Assembly (NCBI GenBank): GCA_977016875.1 | Contig: CDRNST010000096.1 | Location: 1-64,000 of the forward strand | Direction: 5' to 3' | Source: Pavona decussata | Taxonomy: Eukaryota | DNA length: 64,000 bases | Shown here: positions 36,101 through 49,100 of the stretch, in pieces | How the letters are laid out: every line of letters begins with the position of its first letter | Position numbering within the stretch: position 1 is the first letter of the stretch | The notes under the pieces: model-generated | Databases searched by the model: none | What the model saw: the letters and a program-made list of their open reading frames with translations, nothing else | What the model was told of the DNA's origin: nothing | Made by a program: the position numbers and the translations under genes

Positions 36101-38494
36101 CTAGTGAGGTTCGTAATGTTTGGTGGGGTGATTTGGACTGGCAGTAGTTGTCTGCCTTTATCTCATTGTTTTTCTTACAGAAACCCAGGCAAAAAATACT
36201 AAAAGTACTTTTATGACTTGGGTAGATAGGACAAGATGAGTTTTATGGAAAAGTAAGCACAGAAAAATTACAGTTGGATGAATAAAATCCAAACCAGGTA
36301 GGGTAAGTATCACTTGGTTGTTACTTTGTGAGTTTTCTGGTTATTAATTACATTTCTGACCAACAGTTTGTTAGTGATCAGATCTTTAGACTTATGTCTT
36401 CGGTTTACCTTGCAAGTTATCTGTCGGTAACCTGTTGGAGGTTTATTGGTAATCTGTTGGCAAACTGTTGGTTGACAGATTTTTTGGGGGGCTGTTCTTC
36501 AATTTTACAGACTTCTTTATGGGCCACAAACAATGGTAGTTGAGATTCTTTGGTCGATAAAGCGGCATTATTAACAGAAATTTCATGGCATGAAGGAGGG
36601 GTAATACATTTCTACCAGAATCCTTGGCAGGTTTTAATAATATTATAAACATATACAGTCAACTCTCTCGTAAGCAACCACGCTTGGAGCATGACAAAGT
36701 GGACACTTAGGGAAAAGATCAACAAAATAAGCCTAATACAAGATTGATTGATTGATTACATAAAAATATTACCTTATCAGCTAAAATTAGGTAAATAGTT
36801 ACATTTTCTATGGAGACAATGACATTTCTATTCCATGGCTTAAGGAAAAGATTGAAACCACTGGCATCTTTCAAATTGAATAGCACCTGGACTATCTATT
36901 CATTCTTCTGATGAAACTTTGTAAAACATTTTGGAACAGACCACTGTCATTATCTGTCAGCAGTCCGTCGTAGCGTCATTAAAAATTGAGCTTTTGTCAA
37001 TTCTGACTAGTTATTTACTAACAATCATACATGACTATGTTGGGTGGTTGCTTACTGGAAACAGAAAACAAAAGAATATGTCAAATTTCTGGCCAAAAAA
37101 GTGGTCGCAGTCCCTTAAGAAATTTGAGTGGTGATTACTTATGAGAGAGCTCTGGAAACAGTATTTAACTGAGAAACAAAACGGTTGTTTACAATGTGGT
37201 CGCTTACGGGAGGTGGTCGCTTAAGAGAAGTGGTCGCTATGAGAGAGTTGACTGTATTTCTGATAACTTTAATTCTTAAAGGAAACATTTTTAATGTTTC
37301 TTATATCATTTTCAATAAATTTGCTTAGGGGTGAAAATGAGAAAACTCAACTGGGGGGGGGGGGGGGGGGGAGGGGCAATGGAGGACCATACTGGAAAGT
37401 TGGAGATTCACACACCGAAAGTTTTATGCCACGATTTTAGCTAGCATAAAAATCGCTATGCCAACCTTATGTCAAAAAGCCGCACAAAATAGACTAGAAG
37501 TTGGTGCCAATTGCTTAGCTCCACTTCAAAGATTTTTGGAGTAACATACATATTTTCCAGTATAGATGGAAGAGGGGTAGGTGTCCTGAATTTAAATTCA
37601 ATTTCCCATCTTAAAAAGGTTTCCCATCAAGTGTTCAACAATATATTGTCAATATCAGTCAATCAATTTCTATTGATTGACAAAGATTAACATTGACCAT
37701 TGATACAGATAATAATAATAATTTATTCATACTATCAATAATAAATATTAACGACAGTGGAACCCTGCCTTACGACCACCTTGTTATTACGACCACTTTT
37801 TTGTGGCCCAAATGAGTTGAAAGTCCAGTCATTTCCTTAGTTTTACAACCTCGTTAATCCGACCAACCAGTTATTACGATCCCATTTTCGCAGCCTGAAG
37901 GTGGTCGTATTAACGGGGTTTCACTGTATATGAAAAGGAGGTACCAGAGGTTAGCCGTATCAGCGATACCTCCCAAAGGAGAAAAGACAACATAAAATAA
38001 ACAAATATCAAAATACATTATTTATCAAAATGCACATAATATTCTACAATTAAGACTCTCAATAAATAAAACATCATCATAAAGTACGCCTAGGTGAATA
38101 AATACTTCTTCAGGTTCCTTTTAAAGGATTCTAAGCTGTTTGCTAAATCTGCTTTCACGGATTTCATTGATTTGTCAGGGTTTTGGAAACTAAAAAGTAA
38201 GCCGTCTGATAAGTTGCTATAAAGGAAAACTGTAAAAATTTAAATCAAGATATTTGATTCCAGAAATCATTGGTTGGTGGGTAAAATAATACCCAGCATT
38301 AAAAAAATTATTATACAAATCCTTGTTGGTGTTAAGCTTACATATACAATGTACCCCAGACTATCAGATTCATTCTTTGCTTACTTGTGAAATGCACGCA
38401 GTGATTCAATCTGCTTCAGTCTTTGCTGCTGTAAAGCTGTAGTAGGCGGTAGCTGTGATTTCGGTCCCTTCGATGATCCAAATAACCAACTCAT
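20225..38494 (-). CDS. VPS37A: Vacuolar protein sorting 37A (ESCRT-I subunit), 15 exons, 384 aa
   Basis: GT-AG exons 38494-38385, 35502-35428, 34640-34559, 32191-32159, 31916-31816, 30821-30623, 29494-29400, 28887-28818, 27719-27662, 24015-23957, 23410-23342, 22421-22353, 21650-21626, 20940-20891 and 20284-20225 total 1155 nt in frame: MSWLFG..LQQQRLKQIESLR..ITEVQRDVEYRV..LPPQFPNERP..NNFYMHSNLGK..YPELDNLS..AAAEAEEQSEAIADEFL..MCHSRRAKEEK. These motifs match vertebrate VPS37A as I recall it. Confidence 0.95.
21151..21240 (-). mobile_element. Degenerate tRNA-derived SINE fragment
   Basis: Same family as 53084-53224 (tgacacaggcatactc.gaaaaa...atccgagt...gatta.tagttcgga). Confidence 0.6.
24160..27427 (-). 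mobile_element. Kolobok-type DNA transposon, apparently autonomous, in VPS37A intron 9
   Basis: Perfect 21-bp TIRs GGGGGTGCTACACCTGAATTT / AAATTCAGGTGTAGCACCCCC around one transposase ORF; it splits a SINE-like tail (ccggttttcccctctcctcaaaa...|ttccaattcgatc). Confidence 0.88.
24827..26908 (-). CDS. DDE transposase of the Kolobok / 'Mutator-like transposase domain' type, 693 aa
   Basis: Uninterrupted ORF with CxxC motifs, SFDGTWSKRG, CDGDSK, CIGHVQKR, H..CP....SWC and SQNNNES (candidate D-D-E triad). Confidence 0.9.
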   Translation of the reverse strand: MPKKPKKRRFHGTPVWQMKQELQEGSGESSQPVTEGNDPESDPGDSLSSQSEEECFKETASERKLGTVKRTRTTEYYEDQSSISYRLVELSSLMNSFQELHNCKKGKLVFNDEQAKRYGNSSLIHIECTKCKKKVYLQTSANCGGKWKAKNASDINRRMVYSACEMGVGREAISVMCEILNMPPPCQPSSWNEHSQTLYQAHKQAVDEKLAKARMHVHELYREENPDLTEDDVIEIAVSFDGTWSKRGFTANFGVGFVISVDTGQVLDYGFASKFCHHCSRKKEQFGESSEEFRTWYATHSSNCTENHTGSSGAMEKDIARRLWSNSLAFNLRYKYMVCDGDSKAYNNVWDVYGCCEDCNKWERMDRKSNQYKKWVDSDAHEKWKSDHELGHANCPRVMKLDCIGHVQKRAGTALREFRKKNAGKLKDGLPVGGRKHRLTDSCIDKLQKYYGNAIRRNVIAGDISSEQAKQHIKNMQNDIMAVLYHSCNIDNKERHKFCPSGKDSWCGFKRTGSFENKDHHLDPIFLELLEPVFRRLSSESLLRRCLPGFSQNNNESINSLVWMRAPKHKFYGPQRVEMAAIGAIVQFNEGASGKHLVMEKAGISCGKHSERGSAQKDTKRIYNAKQKSSQKQRKARKKIRVAKLRAEEEKKSVEGTSYGAGKFNDVDPLQFYSSSDDDMPLAQLQAENSKKK
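27863..28106. mobile_element. MITE (Harbinger-like)
   Basis: TIRs CAGGGCCCAGTTGTTCAAAG / CTTTTGAACAATCGGGCCCTG. Confidence 0.75.
32358..33093. mobile_element. Older MITE hosting a nested element
   Basis: TIRs AGGCTCGTTTTCACT / AGTGAACACCAGCCT, each flanked by TAA-like sequence. Confidence 0.6.
32499..32800. mobile_element. hAT-like MITE with 6-bp TSD (hAT6-like)
   Basis: Perfect TIRs CAGGGCTGTCAA / TTGACAGCCCTG; CAGAAG duplicated at 32493-32498 and 32801-32806. Confidence 0.85.
36656..37254. mobile_element. Tc1/mariner-pogo-type MITE
   Basis: TA|CAGTCAACTCTCTC ... GAGAGAGTTGACTG|TA, with subterminal GTGGTCGC repeats. Confidence 0.88.
37755..37926. mobile_element. Small Tc1/mariner-pogo-type MITE
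   Basis: CAGTGGAACCC..TTACGACCACC / GGTGGTCGTATTAACGGGGTTTCACTG|TA. Confidence 0.75.
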
Positions 38495-41400
38495 ACTTCG
38501 CAAATTGCGACTGAAATTTGACACAACTAATCCGGAATTTCGTCCGCCATTTTGAACTTAAAATAAGCGTGACATAACGTGAAAGACTGCTGGCTTTCGC
38601 GGGCTCAGGATATCCCAGAGTTCTCAGGGCTCTTACGCCCATTGAAGACTGATTCGCCCGGAAAAAATATTATATAAATACATAATACATATTTCACGGC
38701 GTCTTTTTTGTTTCCAAATGTAGCAATAATATTCACACTTATTTTTTCGTGTTTGACAGAGTCGCGGGATAATTTAAGTCGTCTGGCCATCGATGTTATC
38801 AACAGACAAAATGGGGATTTTAAATCACCAATATTTGCATATTAGACAGCACACCAAGTAATTTTCATTGTAATCCTTTGTAAATGAAACTTGATAAGTT
38901 TGTGTTGGTTGAAAGCTAATAACAAAATGAAAAGTAGCATTTTATTTTCACGAGTCTGGAAGTTGAAATTGGTGAAAGAACTGAAAGCGTTCAATTTGAT
39001 TTCCGATCGCTTCAGTCTTATTTTTGTTATAACTTTTCCCACTTCTGAGCCTGCTTTTAGAAATTAATATGTTTCGACGTTTACCCCCTATCGCTAATTT
39101 TTATCGATTTGAATTTCGTAGTTTTGTATTTTAATAGCCAAGGTAAGGATAAATGAAAATTTTAGCACGCAGTTAACTCGAAAGTCGTTTGAAAGAGATA
39201 CGACACCAAAGTGGTTTGATCTCGTTTAATTCACGAACAACTTCACTTCTAACGGCTGTTTCACGATAAACTCCGTCTTAACGGCCTTCATTATTCTAGA
39301 AACATCGCTCATAATAAAAGTTTTCATTTCAGTTTAAACGTTTGCATTAATAAATAATGCGAAATATATTTAGGTCAGGCACATCTTCATCAAGCTATTA
39401 TTTTCTCATAATGACCTATTTGGTTCCAGCACTTTTCAGGCTCGGTTTCACGGAGAAATAATGAATCAAGACCCTCGCCTTTCAAGCTCTTTTGTCATTG
39501 CGTTCAATACAATTGAGTAATTGTAATAGTTTTGGAAAACTTAAACCTGTGTTTGGTGTCTTTGTTTCTTTGATAATTAAGTGCAAACGCTACAGGCGGT
39601 TTGACAGTAGTACAGTATTTTTTTCACCAAGGGAGCTTATCAGACAGAGACGCAATTCAACACAACGCCCTCAATCAACTCGGGGCAAACGTTGCGCTTT
39701 ACTTATCAGACGGCTAAGATCACATACACTTCTCTTAAAATTTCCCACTCGGATGGCATTTAGCTCCGTTTTTATTTCGCTTTTAAATGTAGACATTGAA
39801 CCATTTTCATTATCCCCTATCAGTTTTTGCACCTGGATGAAACTAAAAAGAGGCCGAAAAGTCGCTCCGAGGTAATTTCCGTGGAAAGATCACATACCCT
39901 TGTACACTTTTCAACTCTCAACACTGAAAGTTGGGGAGGCCATTGAAAGGCAATCAAAGCTATTTGCCCTTGTTTTCAATAAGCACTCTTCACATTCTAA
40001 ACATTCAGCGGGGGAGAAAATTGAATACAAATAAAACAGGTCACCGAGTATAATGGCATAATTTTGGTAGCAGCGATATCAGGTGTTGATGATCATAGGA
40101 GTACAACAATTAACAGAAAAAAAAAAAAGAAAAAAAAAAAAAAACGGGAACCTTGACAAATGTCGGCTCATAAGATTTTTGTATTCGTCATTTCCTGGCC
40201 TACAGGGAATACAGAACTTGTCTTTGATAATCTAAAGGGGTCTGATAAGAATGGAGTGTTTTTAACCAAAGACCTGTGATCGGCAAACAACGTTGATCGA
40301 TTATGGATATCGCTCTCTATGAATCACACCTCGAAGCGTGGAATTAAAGATTATGTTTTCTTAGATTCAAGTGCCGAAAAGGACACATTGACAGGTAATG
40401 ACTAAATTATTACTGTATATAAACGAATCTTTTGCCGCACAAAAAGCCCTCGCGCTCTCAAACTGTCACGTCCACTTAAGCGAGCGTTTCGCGGGAGAAT
40501 TTTTCCCCGGAAAACAACGAGAAATTTTAGCGCGCGCATGAAACGAAACTCGCTGAAATCAAACCTTCCCGTAAATCGGCAAACAGATCGCCTCGAACAC
40601 ATTTTACAAACAATCCCTGTGTTGTATAAAAAAAAGACAATGGTCATAATTGAAAGCTTTGATTTTTGTCACTTGCATAGCCTCTTAAAGCCCAATAAAT
40701 GTCGCACAGAGTTTACAAAGGCCCGTCGGTTTTTGCCATCTGCCCAAGCTCGTTAATGGAATCCGCACGATTGCGTACAGTAAGCGCTTTTTTGCACGGA
40801 CTTTTAGCAAATCAACGCAAAACTTTCCTCGCCATCCCTCTATTGAATTATCTAAAAACTGTTGAAATACTCTCGATTATGGGTTATTCGCCCCTATTTT
40901 TCTCGGTGTTTGTTTAAGATACACTTTAAGCGGTGTCCTCTTTGAACCGATTGTATCCCTGCCGCATTCTTTAAGCATCTACAAACACGTAATAGCCATT
41001 GGACTCATTTCATCACTGCCTTGCTTATTCCGAAAGCCGTGCCTTTCATTCCTACCTTTCCCTTATTTACCGAAGAACCATTGTGGCGCTATTCATTTAT
41101 TGTGTTCTGTGGATGTAATCTTTTGTTATGGAGATATTAGTATTAGAGCAATTGTAATTCATTCACCTTTGTTATTCATTTTATCTCTTCTTGATCGTCC
41201 ATTTATTTATTTATGTCATCTCTTTCATTCAACACCTCATGTATTTTTTATTATGTTGTTATTCCCGTCTCTTGTCTCTCTGTTTCTTTTATATAATTAT
41301 CAATATGCGAAAGCAAGATTTACAACGAGTCACCGCAGAGCTACTGAAGAGGCTTTGGTACAGCTGGGTTTTTCACTCAAACCACGGGATATCGGGCTAA

Positions 41401-42402
41401 ATCGATAGTAGGGGGAGTTTTGTTGTAAAGCTTTCTAAGCAGCTATGAGATTACAGATGCTTCCGTTCAAAGATGCATTTGAAGGAAATCATTTTCCTTG
41501 CGGGACGCCATCTGTTTAGGTTTTCTGTAATTATTATACAAATGCGCCTTCTTCTAAGCCAAACGCAACCACCGAAGTAAAAAGCGCGACCCATAGCCAA
41601 GATTTTCCGCCCGAAATTTTGTGTATTTAGTCTAGTTAGAACGCTTAAATACTTGTGAACAGTGGATTGTTTTGCACTGACGGAGTACTAAAACTATTTG
41701 CTGTTTTAAACCACATATACATAGTTTACACCTAAACACAAAAGACGTAAACGAACGTCGCTGCCTTTGTGTTCAAGGCGCATTGGAAAGGTTCGCTGAC
41801 AGCACGGGAAAATTTCTTCTGCTAACGGATTTTTTTCATATTTTACTGAAGGCCAGTGTCAAACAAACCCAACTGAGACAACAAAAGTTGACAACAAATT
41901 ACATTGAATGCTAATTTTAATGTGACAGATCGGTGAAAACTTTGGGTTAGTTTTGTCAAATTTAAATTACAAGTGAAAGTCGGACTTGTAAATAACGCGC
42001 GACTAAAGCGTTCGGACTCGCTGTCTTAGCGAATCGAGTTTAAAAATATATCTGCAGGCTAGGAAGTCCTTCAAGCCACTAACCCCTCAAATAAAGATGA
42101 CTAAGAATTATTTCAATATTTAAATATTCACACACTTAACTTTATAATATACAAACTCTACCGCGTTGCGATCGGGCAACGGTCACTGCGGTCAGAAATT
42201 TGTTCGTCAAACTCCTCAACATTTCTACAGAGTGAAATGCTTGTCGTTGACAGAGATGAACCCAAAAAATCATGGTCGAATGAATTTGCACTGGATAATA
42301 AAATTCTTGCTTGCTCGATAAGAATAATTTACACCAGTTATTTGCTGTATTATACATAAATAGTCCGTCGTGATAAATAGATTTAAGAGTCAGTCAGATG
42401 AG

Positions 42403-43143
42403 CTAAAGAAGTACATACGCGACTGGTCTACGTACGTCTTGGCTTTGCCATGAGGTACAGCTACAGGGAACCGTGTACTGGCCATTCGCCCCTTGTACAG
42501 CGTGAAGATGAGAATGGGGGCTCAGTTGTCCTCCAGGGATAACAGGCATTCCAGAAGCGTTCAGTAGAGCTGAACTTGTCGTTGGAGCGCTTGGGTACAG
42601 TGAATGAGGGTAAATTTGTCCTCCAGTCAGCATATCTGGTCGGACTGCGCTGGGCATCTCAAGTCCGCGGTCAAATCTTGATGGGGTAATGGAGTGGTTG
42701 GTACTCGAGTCGAAAGTATATGCTGATGATACCGGCAAAAACGATCGCGCTTTGCCAGTTACGTTTGATGAGAACGGGTCTGTCACGAAAGACGTCGTCG
42801 GTATTCCTGGTGGAGTGCACTTGAGTAATTCGTCAGAGGCTGACAAACAAGGTAGTGTGAAGGAATAGCGGTCTACTTTCTTAAGAAGTGATTTAGGCTT
42901 GCGTCTCGGTCTGTACTTGTAGTCAGGGTGTTCTTTCATGTGTTGCGCTCTCAGAAGTTTTGCTTCTTCAACAAAAGGCTTTTTTTCCACATCTGTTAAC
43001 TTCTTCCACTCCGCGCCGAGTCTTTTGCTTATCTCCGAGTTATGCATCTTTGGGTTGTCTTGAGCAATTTTTCGCCTCTCTTCTCGGGACCAAACCATAA
43101 AAGCGTTCATGGGTCGCTTGACGTGCTCAGCTGGCTTAGACAT
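42403..43143 (-). CDS. SoxB2: SoxB-group HMG-box transcription factor (SoxB2 / Sox14/21-like), intronless, 246 aa
   Basis: N-terminal HMG box [13 protein letters not shown]...[18 protein letters not shown]...[14 protein letters not shown]-group motif KSLLKK.DRY.F, C-terminal [14 protein letters not shown]. The exact paralog is uncertain. Confidence 0.93.
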   Translation of the reverse strand: MSKPAEHVKRPMNAFMVWSREERRKIAQDNPKMHNSEISKRLGAEWKKLTDVEKKPFVEEAKLLRAQHMKEHPDYKYRPRRKPKSLLKKVDRYSFTLPCLSASDELLKCTPPGIPTTSFVTDPFSSNVTGKARSFLPVSSAYTFDSSTNHSITPSRFDRGLEMPSAVRPDMLTGGQIYPHSLYPSAPTTSSALLNASGMPVIPGGQLSPHSHLHAVQGANGQYTVPCSCTSWQSQDVRRPVAYVLL

Positions 43144-46100
43144 GTCTAAATTATCGTTCGTTTGCGTTAGCTGACGCGGTTTCTCAAATATTCTAGCTCC
43201 TAGATATTTCTAGGTGGTCGAGGGTAAATAAGCTCCGTCCTTCGAGGTGCCTCGTTGAAACTGAACTAAATGCTGATTGCTACCCGCGGTAAAGATCAAA
43301 AGATCTCACATCAGAGCATGCGTGTGAAATAATTGAGTTTCACTCTCGCTTTCACAAAGTATTCGTTCCACGTCATTTTACGAAAAGGCCATCCAATTAA
43401 AATAAAGGAAGTTATATTTGAAACATTTTCCCCAAGTGGTCCCAAAGAAATGTTTGGCGATATTACCTTGATTGTTGCTTCAAAGGGATATTTGGATTTT
43501 GTAAATAATTTTCCTATTTTGGTTTAGCGAAAGTACAATAGACGAACTTTTGTTTTCTAGCCATCAATTGCCGTGCCATTGTTCCGAGACAATGCACTCA
43601 AAATTCAGATATCTTTATGCTTTCTGTGGCCCTTGTGAGGCAGCCGCCGTGGACAATAGAGAGTATGTTTTTCTTTTCAAAGTTCAATTCCGCACTTCCA
43701 TAGCTCCTGGCGGGAAGTTTTGGCAAACAGCGCGTTAATATTCAACTTGCACTGGGAAATTATTAATTTATATTGAAAGTAAAGCGAGGGTAAATATCCG
43801 CAGCTTTCTGTGGGTCTGTCATTTTCTTTCGACGAATTGCCTTACAAATGATCAATTATCGAGGCTTTTATTCGCCCGTTTAGCATAAGAATACATTTCG
43901 CTTATGAAAGCTTTTGTCTCGACGTGAAATTGCTAACTACAATGACGAGATCTTACTGTAAATACACAACAAATAATTCTTTTTTCAAGCGTTTAACCCT
44001 TGACATCAGCCCCTTCGGTGTTTCTCTCCCGCGATTGCCGGATAAGTTTTTCACGTCTATTTTTCTGTACATAGATATTTGATATAAGTGGTAAGTTTAT
44101 TGAAGTTTTTTTTCACAATTTATTCAATTATGGTTTTTGGTCGGAGAGGTTTGGCTTTATTTTTTTCATTACTTATCGCGAGATGAAAGTTCGTTTGCAT
44201 TTTCAATTCCTTGCTTATGGCTGAGCTGATTAATCGCTGGGGGCATTGAATAAAGTTGAGGAATAAGTGCCCTTTATGAAAGAACTCACTTCCTTTCGTT
44301 TAATAATCTTTTGTTTGCGGACAATACCTATCTCGTTATCATGGTAATTCTTGAATGAAAACTCCTGAAAGCTTGTTGTTATAGAGGTTCCGTTGCAGTA
44401 CTATCATGAAAAAAGCTTCGATGACTCATCTAATAGGATGTTTGTGTGAAACAAAATCGAAATTAAAATCGTACCCTTTGCAAGAGAACCCTTCAACAGT
44501 AAAATACTTTCTAGTTTTATTATTTGAGAGAGGAGCCAGTTAAATCAGCTACTAATTGAAGCAAACAGTTGGACAGGCCGCCCTGTTGAAAAGAATCGCA
44601 AATGTGACATGTTTGAAAGAGTTGTTTTGGTTGTATTATTTTAATGACTTCTCTATCAGTCCGCACTATCAATCTTGAGAGGCTTGGCATTATTTCCAAT
44701 TTTGGGCAATCTTATCGAAAATGAGATCTGCAAACTAGCCGGAACATGAAAGAGTGATGGTCGCGACTGACCCGCAGCCAAAATCCTTGCTAAAAATCGA
44801 TGTTATTATGTCGGAGAGAAACAGTTCGCGAAATGGACAACGCGTGTAAAGAATTGTAGGACATTGAAGCAAAATTCTGAACACACCGAAAAATTTTTAT
44901 TCGTTATTTACCCATGTTTGTTTGCTTGTAAAATGAATTGGTTTGTTATCACTGTATACGTTTGGTCCGTTTAACAGTACAAACCATTGATAACGGACTA
45001 ACTAATTAAGCCTTTACAATTCTGTGTGTGTATTTTCTTTTAGAAAAAGCGAAATTTTCTAGGCGGATGTGAAAAAAAATAATTATTCGAGTCCAATTTT
45101 AATAATGGTTCGTCCAATTCTTTAAAAATTTATTGAAAAGAGAGCGGTACTTCTGAAAATAAACACAAATAAATGGTTTGAAGAGGCTTAGTAGAAAAGG
45201 CATTCATTGCGGTCAAAAGGAATATTTGATCTTCAAGGAGTTTTCATTGTGTCGGGAGATTGTTTTCGGTTTGGGCGTATAGTCATTATTCTTGGGTTTA
45301 ATCGCGGTCATTGTCCAACTTTTCCCGTTCTTTGTTTCAGAGTTAGATTAAGACGCACCAATGTAACATTGGCATACACATCTATATTTAAATTTTCCTA
45401 AACTTCGCTTAAGGATGTTAAAGTTTTTTGTTGAAGTTCAGGCCCTCATTTCCTGTCTCAATGAAGGGCAGAGGAAATTGAGACTTGGCGAGTGTAATTT
45501 CGTACACTTCACAAACGGTACGCTCATCAAGCTCGCAGATTGCCATTGAAATCAAACACAATGGGCACTGAATCAAGAACACACGTCCAGCCAGCGAAAT
45601 GAGCTTTTTGCACATCACATCTGCGCCTCAGCCTGCGATGAAATAAAACAGTTTTTGTTTTCATCTGACACGATGGTAGAACTCAATGATGAAAGCCGAT
45701 TTTCGTTGTCGTTGGTTTAAGCTTCAGATAAGCCTAACTGTGAAATTAAGCTTGGTTTGTTTAAGAAGCCTTGGAGAACAACTAAACAAACAGTGCTTTT
45801 GGCTTGTTAACTGCACCGTTAGGTGTGGTTCCCGTCCGCTATTTTGACTGAGGTTTACGTTCGTACCTCACACTTAAGAACGAACGAGTACCCTTTGTAA
45901 GGTTTTAGAGCCTGCTTTCAAACGTACTATCACTATTGATGAGTTCTATTGAAATCTATGAAATCAGTTGCTCGTCAGAAATTTAAATTTGGCGATGCTA
46001 AATTAACATTTTTTGGCACTAACACGTCTCTTACATCTTTTATTGAAGTTGCTGTGAATCAAGAGAGAATAGCGAAATGAAGTGATGTTATCAACTATCT

Positions 46101-49100
46101 AGTTGCTATTGCCTACTTGTCGAACGAAACTACGCAATATCTTAGTAACTAATCGAGCAAGTCTTAAAATGAAGTTAAAAGTCACCTGCATGGTTATTCA
46201 TAGTAAAACAAATATGGAAACGCATTATGAAGTAGTCTTTTAAAGTGAACTCTAACCTGACTTTCTTCCCGACGTATATTTTGCAATAAAATTAACACCC
46301 AATTCATTGGAATACCCCTGAGAGAGGCCTGTTTCATGGGTTGCAATATCTGTAAGCAGACAATGAAGTGTTAGGGAGAGATGGTCAGTTACCAAGTAAC
46401 CGAATCCATACGATAGACTTGTCCAAAATGGAACTTGCTACTCGTAAACAGATAAACATTTGAGCGTAAAGTTAAATATCTTGAGTGTTCTTTATACCAG
46501 CCGAGAAAAATTCGTCAAATTTCGAGAAGGCAAATTCACAATTGTTGGATTCTAAACAGAAGGTTCCATGTATTAATTGCTAGCTGTATATTTACAATCA
46601 GTACTATTTTTTTACGCGCTAATAGCCTCCACTATTTAAAAAGAAAATACGTATTTCATTTCATGGCTTAAGCAAAAAGCGGATGTGTATCATGATCAGT
46701 AAATTATCTGTTTCGTTGTCGATCAAAGTTAGTTTCGCTGAAACAGCAGGGCTGATTGTTCTAGGCTACTGTCGATCAACGCACTTTTCCTTCTTTTACT
46801 TATAAGTACATTTGTGACCTTAACTGAGTTACCAGCATTCAAATTAACAGAGAAATTTAGCAATTTTAATAAATGTTCTCAGTTTTGAGCGATATTTCTA
46901 TCTTTTCACTGTAAACTCGACAAGCTTTGAAAAGCATCTTAAATCACGTTAACTCGAGAGTTAAAGGTTATAAAAAAGAAAGAAAAGAAGATCCCAAGTA
47001 TATTTCTGTGCTGCTTCAGTTTAAATTGAAAGCAATGGAAATCATATCAGTGTCCTTTCCCGTGGCCATTCGTCGACATAGAGCCAGTACCTACAACAGC
47101 TCATCAATGATTTCATGTTTCGATATATTACATATTACATCTCTTAAAATGTTTTATTATATTATACGGCTTCCATATTTGTTCAAGACATCCACAAGGT
47201 CATTGAGACATAAAAGCCTAATTTCGCTGGAATAACTGCGGCAAACATATATATTTTCAATCAATGCTTTTACTGTGTATAAAAATTATTGCAATAAGTT
47301 CACTAAGTCAAGTAATTCAATTCGGCTTATGTTTCGGACTTCTGTCCTAGCCTCTTATGGCGGTGTAAATCCTCCATTTCTGCACAACACAAGTTCAGCG
47401 TTTTATCTGCGTTCATCCGGACAGTTGCAGATTTTTGTATAGTAAGCTCAGTAGCATCGCGTTTAATTAGAGAGAGTGAAGAGAAAGTCAAGATATTACC
47501 ATAAAAATTGAAATGAAATAATAAGTATATTCGCCTCTTTACAGTTTGAAGTTCTAAGCTCAAACTACCTACTAAGATTCCAACATGTGGGAGGATGATC
47601 AGTTACCGATGTTAATCAGTTAGATTGCCGTGAGAGGTGATATTCGCATGTGTTCAGAAACCGAAGTCGAAAAAGATGTCAATCATTTACCATCAGCTGA
47701 AAATCTTCACTCAATCTCATGAATTTGAAGACGCAATTTCATTTTTAATTAAAGGAGAACAGTGGAAGGGCAATTTTCCCAACCATACTGATATTTTCGC
47801 CAGGGAAAAACGCGATCGAGCGATATTTCCATTGAAGCCAAGCCGCACTAAAAGCGAGACGGATTTTTCATAATGGCCTTGATTCCGTGTCCTTGAGCAA
47901 GTAAGACATCCAGATAATTTTGTCAACACAACAGCTAGACTCAACAACATAAGGTGCAATGTAAACACAGGCGATTATTTTCGTTAAAAGCTGAATAATC
48001 GTATGAATTTCTAATTGTTGCGCTTGAAATTAAAATGTTAGGTCACTTCGATTGACAACTGAAGAAGGAATAAAACATTTCCTGGTCGATTCGTGCTGTT
48101 TCGCTGGGGTTTCTTAAGGGCAAATTTCGAAATCAAGTCCTTTAATGCTTTCATTTGCATAACGGTTAATTTCGACTTCAGAGGTAAATATTCACGCTTT
48201 CTTCCTCAAAAGAATATCAACAAAGTAATCCGACACTAAATGATTTACAGAAAAAAATAATAGAAAAGAACGACTTAACTTTCAGCAAATGGAAAATCGT
48301 CTAAATCATCTCTTCACAAGCCCGAGGGGTTTGAAGAGAAAGAAGACAAAAATCTTTGAACGTTCACTGCAATCGAGTCATTTCAAAGCTCTTTCTTTCT
48401 AAATTTTTCCTTTTCTGTTATTTATGATGGCTTGAAATGATCCATAATTGGACTGGAGCACTATCCATTGCTAACGTTGACCAAATGAATTTCGTTTTCT
48501 AGAGCAACAGAAATATCGCCAAAGCATTTCTCTTTTATTATTCAGAATGTTCTTTTAGTGTGGGTTCTTTATCATGCCGCCCCCTTTGTTCGCTTCTTGG
48601 CTTGGATTCGTTAGACAATGCTGTTGATTGTTTCAGCTGTTAACAGCAAACGTTCCAAGTAATTTGTACTATTCAGCGATCTCGGTTTTTCATTAGACCA
48701 AAAGACTCTCGCTTTTGTTTGACACTGGATGAAATAACATTTGAAAATTTACAGTTTATGTAAATATCCACATGGGGTAAAAGAGCTTGAAAAGGCCTTT
48801 AGACTACTGGCAAAATTGCTTTTATTCTTTAGTGCTGTGAACGAACTCAAAGAGTTCTCTCAGCAGGCCATTTTTGAATTTGTTTATTTAAAAGTTTGGT
48901 TGCGGCAGTCTCTTCGTTACATTTCGTGTGTCGCTTTCAATGCGTTTTGTATTTTGACGCTAACAATGCTTTCAGCCTTTTATTTCTTAAATCTGCTTTC
49001 TAATTGCTGCAAAGTGACTTGTGAATGAAAAGAAATAAAGAAAAAGGCCGCAAAAGGTTTTTCAAAACTGATTTAAAGATAGGCGTTGTCGGTCGTTCGG

